Shown piece after piece: positions 44,703 through 64,000 of a stretch of DNA of 64,000 nt. The stretch is taken from contig JAWQFM010000005.1 of assembly GCA_033442325.1 (NCBI GenBank), positions 480,267 to 544,266 of the forward strand, read 5' to 3'. A program made the position numbers and the translations under genes. The stretch comes from Salpingoeca rosetta. Its lineage: Eukaryota > Protista > Choanoflagellata. Numbering within the stretch: position 1 is the stretch's first letter; the number at the start of each line of letters is the position of its first letter. Below the pieces are notes generated by a model. The model worked only from the letters and a program-made list of their open reading frames with translations. It was not told the origin of the DNA and did not search any database.

Positions 44703-46794
44703 ATGATGAGCAGGGTCGCAAACAGCAGCAGCAGTGTTGGTGTTGTGGCAGTGCTGCTGGTTGTGGTGCTTGTTGTCGTTGTTGCTGTTGGAGGGAGCCA
44801 TGCGGTGGAGAAGGCACGTGATGGAGACAAGGAAAGGCGCAGTTCTGGAGCTGGAGTGCAGGCGTTTGCTCCTCCCGCAAAGACCGACGTGTTTGCAGAC
44901 GAACAAGGACAAGATGCGGTTGCTTCACAACAATCTGGCAGTGCTGCCGCTGACGCCAGATGTAAGTGTGTTGAGTGCTTGTGTATGTGAGTTGTGTATG
45001 TGAGTTGTGTTGCTGTGTTTGGGTGTGCGAGTTGTGTTGCTGTGTTTGGGTGTGCGAGTGGTGCTGCTGTGTTTGGGTATGCGTTGTATATGTGCGCGCG
45101 TTGTGTTATTGTGTTTTGTGTATGCGCCTGAGCGCAAATTTTGTCACATCACTTTTGATTTGCTGCGTCCAGCGTCACTCACTACTCAACTTCCCTCGTT
45201 GCTCACATCGCTGATCGCTGCAACAGTACCAAAGTACGGCCTGATGCGGATGGAGTGGCAAACACCGATTTATCACGTGGAGGCGAGGAGCTTCGACAGG
45301 GCTTTAAGCGACGACAAGCTGCGCACGCTACGACAGGTCGTCTTGGCCAACTTCAACTCGTTCGTCGAAGCACACGGCGATGAACTGGTAAACAACAGCT
45401 GGGAACACAACGGCGTCAACGACGCCTTCTTCACTTGGCAGCGGGAAGGCGGCTGGGAGCGCCGGTTCAAGGACCACCCCATCATCCAGCGATTGCAGCG
45501 CCTCTTTCACCTGGTCACAGACACATACCTGCACGCCATTGGCGTGTCTCAGGTGAGGATTTCCGCTGTACCTTCCTCTCGACTGCCCTGCACACGTCCA
45601 TGCCGGAAGGATGGCGTGTGGCAGTGTATTGGATCTGCTTTACCAGTGTTTGTTCACGCTTTCATGCTCGCGTGGCTTCCTGTCTCTCTTTGGCGCTGTC
45701 TGTTGGCGCCTGTGTATTGTGTGTGTGTGTTTTCTGCAGGAGACGGTGGAGCAGCGTGATCGGGAGTTGCAGGCATGGGCCACAGTTCATCGAGGGTGTA
45801 TGGGCCACCCACAGCACACTCACCCAAACAATGTCAGTATGTGCGCGTGAGAGAGAGAGTGAGTGAGTGAGTGTGAGTGAGTGAGTGTGTGTGTGTGAGT
45901 GTGTGTGTACGTGAGTGAGTGAGTCATTATGTGAGTGAGTGAGTGTATGTGTGCGAGTGAGTGAGTGTGTGTGTGTGTGTGAGTGAGTGAGTAAGTGAGT
46001 GAGGCATTATGTGAGTGAGTCATTATGTGAGTGAGTGAATGAGTGTGTGTTGCTGATGGATTCCACGGGTTGTGCGCAGATGGTATCGGGAGTGTTCTAC
46101 GTCGCTGTGCCCGAGGACGCGGGGCCAATTGTGTTCTCTGACCCAAGGTGCGTTTGTGGTGCATGTTGTACGTGTTTGCGTTGCGTTGATGTTGTGTGTT
46201 GCTGCCTGTCTGTGTGCCGCGTTGCACGCATACATGCATCATTGTCGTACATTAGTGCATGTACTCGGACAACCAAACCTCTCCGTCGTCGATTGCTGCT
46301 CAGACATCAGCTTCCTACCCCTTCCCTCATCCGTGTCACATGCACATGTGATCAGGGGACCGTATCCGGGTCTGGACGGCACGATTGTGGTTCAACCAAA
46401 AGCTGGCGACCTCATCTTGTTTCCAAGCTGGCTCCCGCACCAGGTCATGCCCACCGCCTGCACGGAACCGCGCATCAGCATCGCCTTCAACATGCCAGGT
46501 GCTTGTATGCGTGTGTGTGTGTGTTATGTGTGTGCATGTGTGATGTGTGTGTGTGATATGAGTGAGCGTGTGTATGTGTGTGCGTGTGCTTTGTTTTCGA
46601 ACTGTGTTGGCAAGAGATGCTTCAGCTTACTCAACTCCCGCCCACCCAACACAAACACACACACACACACACACACATACACACGTTCCGCCCACCATCT
46701 GCCAAATATTCCACTCTTCACCCATGACACCATGACAGGCGACTGGGCCGACACAGCATCAGTTGCTGCGCACTTTCCACTCACATTCAACTGA
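44703..46794 (+). CDS. Signal-peptide-bearing 2OG-Fe(II) oxygenase (TIGR02466 / 2OG-FeII_Oxy_5-like), 6 exons
   Basis: Exon 1 has the hydrophobic stretch [20 protein letters not shown]. Then TPIY; [20 protein letters not shown]|[20 protein letters not shown]|..[24 protein letters not shown]. This gives an HxH..H facial triad and the RxS 2OG-binding motif. Last exon [17 protein letters not shown]. Confidence 0.88.
45847..46045. repeat. Degenerate (GTGA)n/(TG)n array filling an oxygenase intron
   Basis: Direct read; contains many GTGAGT hexamers and repeated CATTATGTGAGTGA units. Confidence 0.85.
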
Positions 46795-47254
46795 TGCACA
46801 CATACACGCACAAACATGCACACAGACACACAGACACACACACAAGCACACAGACACAAGCACACAGACACACACGCACGCACACGCACACACAGACACA
46901 CAGATACACAGACACACACACACACACACACACAGACACACACACACGCACACGCACACGCACACACAGACACCACACGAGAGCAAGGCCCAGCCACACA
47001 CAAGCGACCCGTCATGCTGGCATGGATTGGTGTGCCTTTATGGTTATGGGGACGTTTAGTCAGACAGTAAGGATACACGAACCAATAGACAATGCATCAC
47101 ACGCTAATGAAAGGCACAAATGGAGGGTGGGAAAGAAGGGGAAGAGCGAGAGGGGGGGGGGGCGCTGAGGGAGAAAGGAGAATTTCGGGAAGGCAAGACC
47201 ACGAAGGTTTGCACGCCACACAACCACCGACTTGTTGCAACACGAAATGCAAGC

Positions 47255-61750
<14,496 letters not shown>

Positions 61751-62115
61751 GATGATCCAATCAAATCAACGTGATGATGGTGATTGATTGATGGCGCCCG
61801 ACACACGAAATGGTAGGGTTTTATTTTTCTCGTTTGTGGTTGGATTTGAGTCGTGTGCAGGCTGCCCGGCAGCACCACGCCGGCCTTGCACATGCATCTG
61901 CGCTGGTTTGGGGTGCAAGGGTGACGCACACGCCCCAAGCAACCGCTGTCAAGTTGCATCTTTCGTGCAAATCGTCGGCAAAATAGAGGAAATTTCAACC
62001 ACCATCATCGACGATGGGCGATGATGTTTTTGTGCCTCTAATTTCGAGGTGTTGAGCGACGATGAAAGGATGAAGGCGAGCTGCCACCAACTCACCAAAG
62101 CGGGCACGACAAGAC

Positions 62116-63801
<1,686 letters not shown>

Positions 63802-64000
63802 AGCAACCATCCCACACACAAAGTGTGGGTCGAATGGAAGTAGGCAAGGTACCAGGGGGAAGAAAGTGCCCCGGCGGTGACGGAGGACCTTCTGGAGCAA
63901 GACACAGAAAAAGCAAGGGCCTGTCCGCGGGAAGCTCCCGTGTGGGAAGCTTCCATGCGAGGTGACTATCATAGAAAGCTTTCAAGTTCTGAGCACTTCC

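Overview
Eukaryotic, gene-dense, intron-rich genomic DNA with (TG)n/(CA)n microsatellites in most introns and three 100-N scaffold gaps. This signature, together with the gene families present, suggests a choanoflagellate such as Salpingoeca rosetta (inference). The six-frame ORF track is mostly microsatellite noise, so I rebuilt genes by joining exons by eye at GT..AG boundaries; internal exon boundaries are approximate. Recognisable genes, left to right: a partial WxGGVLAxNGxIYGxP-repeat protein with an N-terminal hydrophobic segment; an SR/K-rich protein; RPP30; an SLC35B2-like transporter missing its core; an intron-containing histone H3 variant with two tail insertions; one or two large hypothetical genes (possibly TBC1D32/BROMI-like); a divergent eIF4A-like DEAD-box helicase; a hypothetical gene; CTNNBL1; POLD2; SMG8; an intronless gene with a TIR/HET-like domain plus TPRs, head-to-head with a signal-peptide 2OG-Fe(II) oxygenase; a ~14.5 kb UBR3-like E3 ligase; and a spliced IS630/Tc1-like transposase gene whose DDE domain is cut short by polyQ, polyP and a CCHC knuckle. 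Best candidates for new biology: the TIR-like/TPR plus oxygenase pair, the H3 variant, the chimeric transposase, and the polarised 5'-(UG)n..(CA)n-3' intron architecture.
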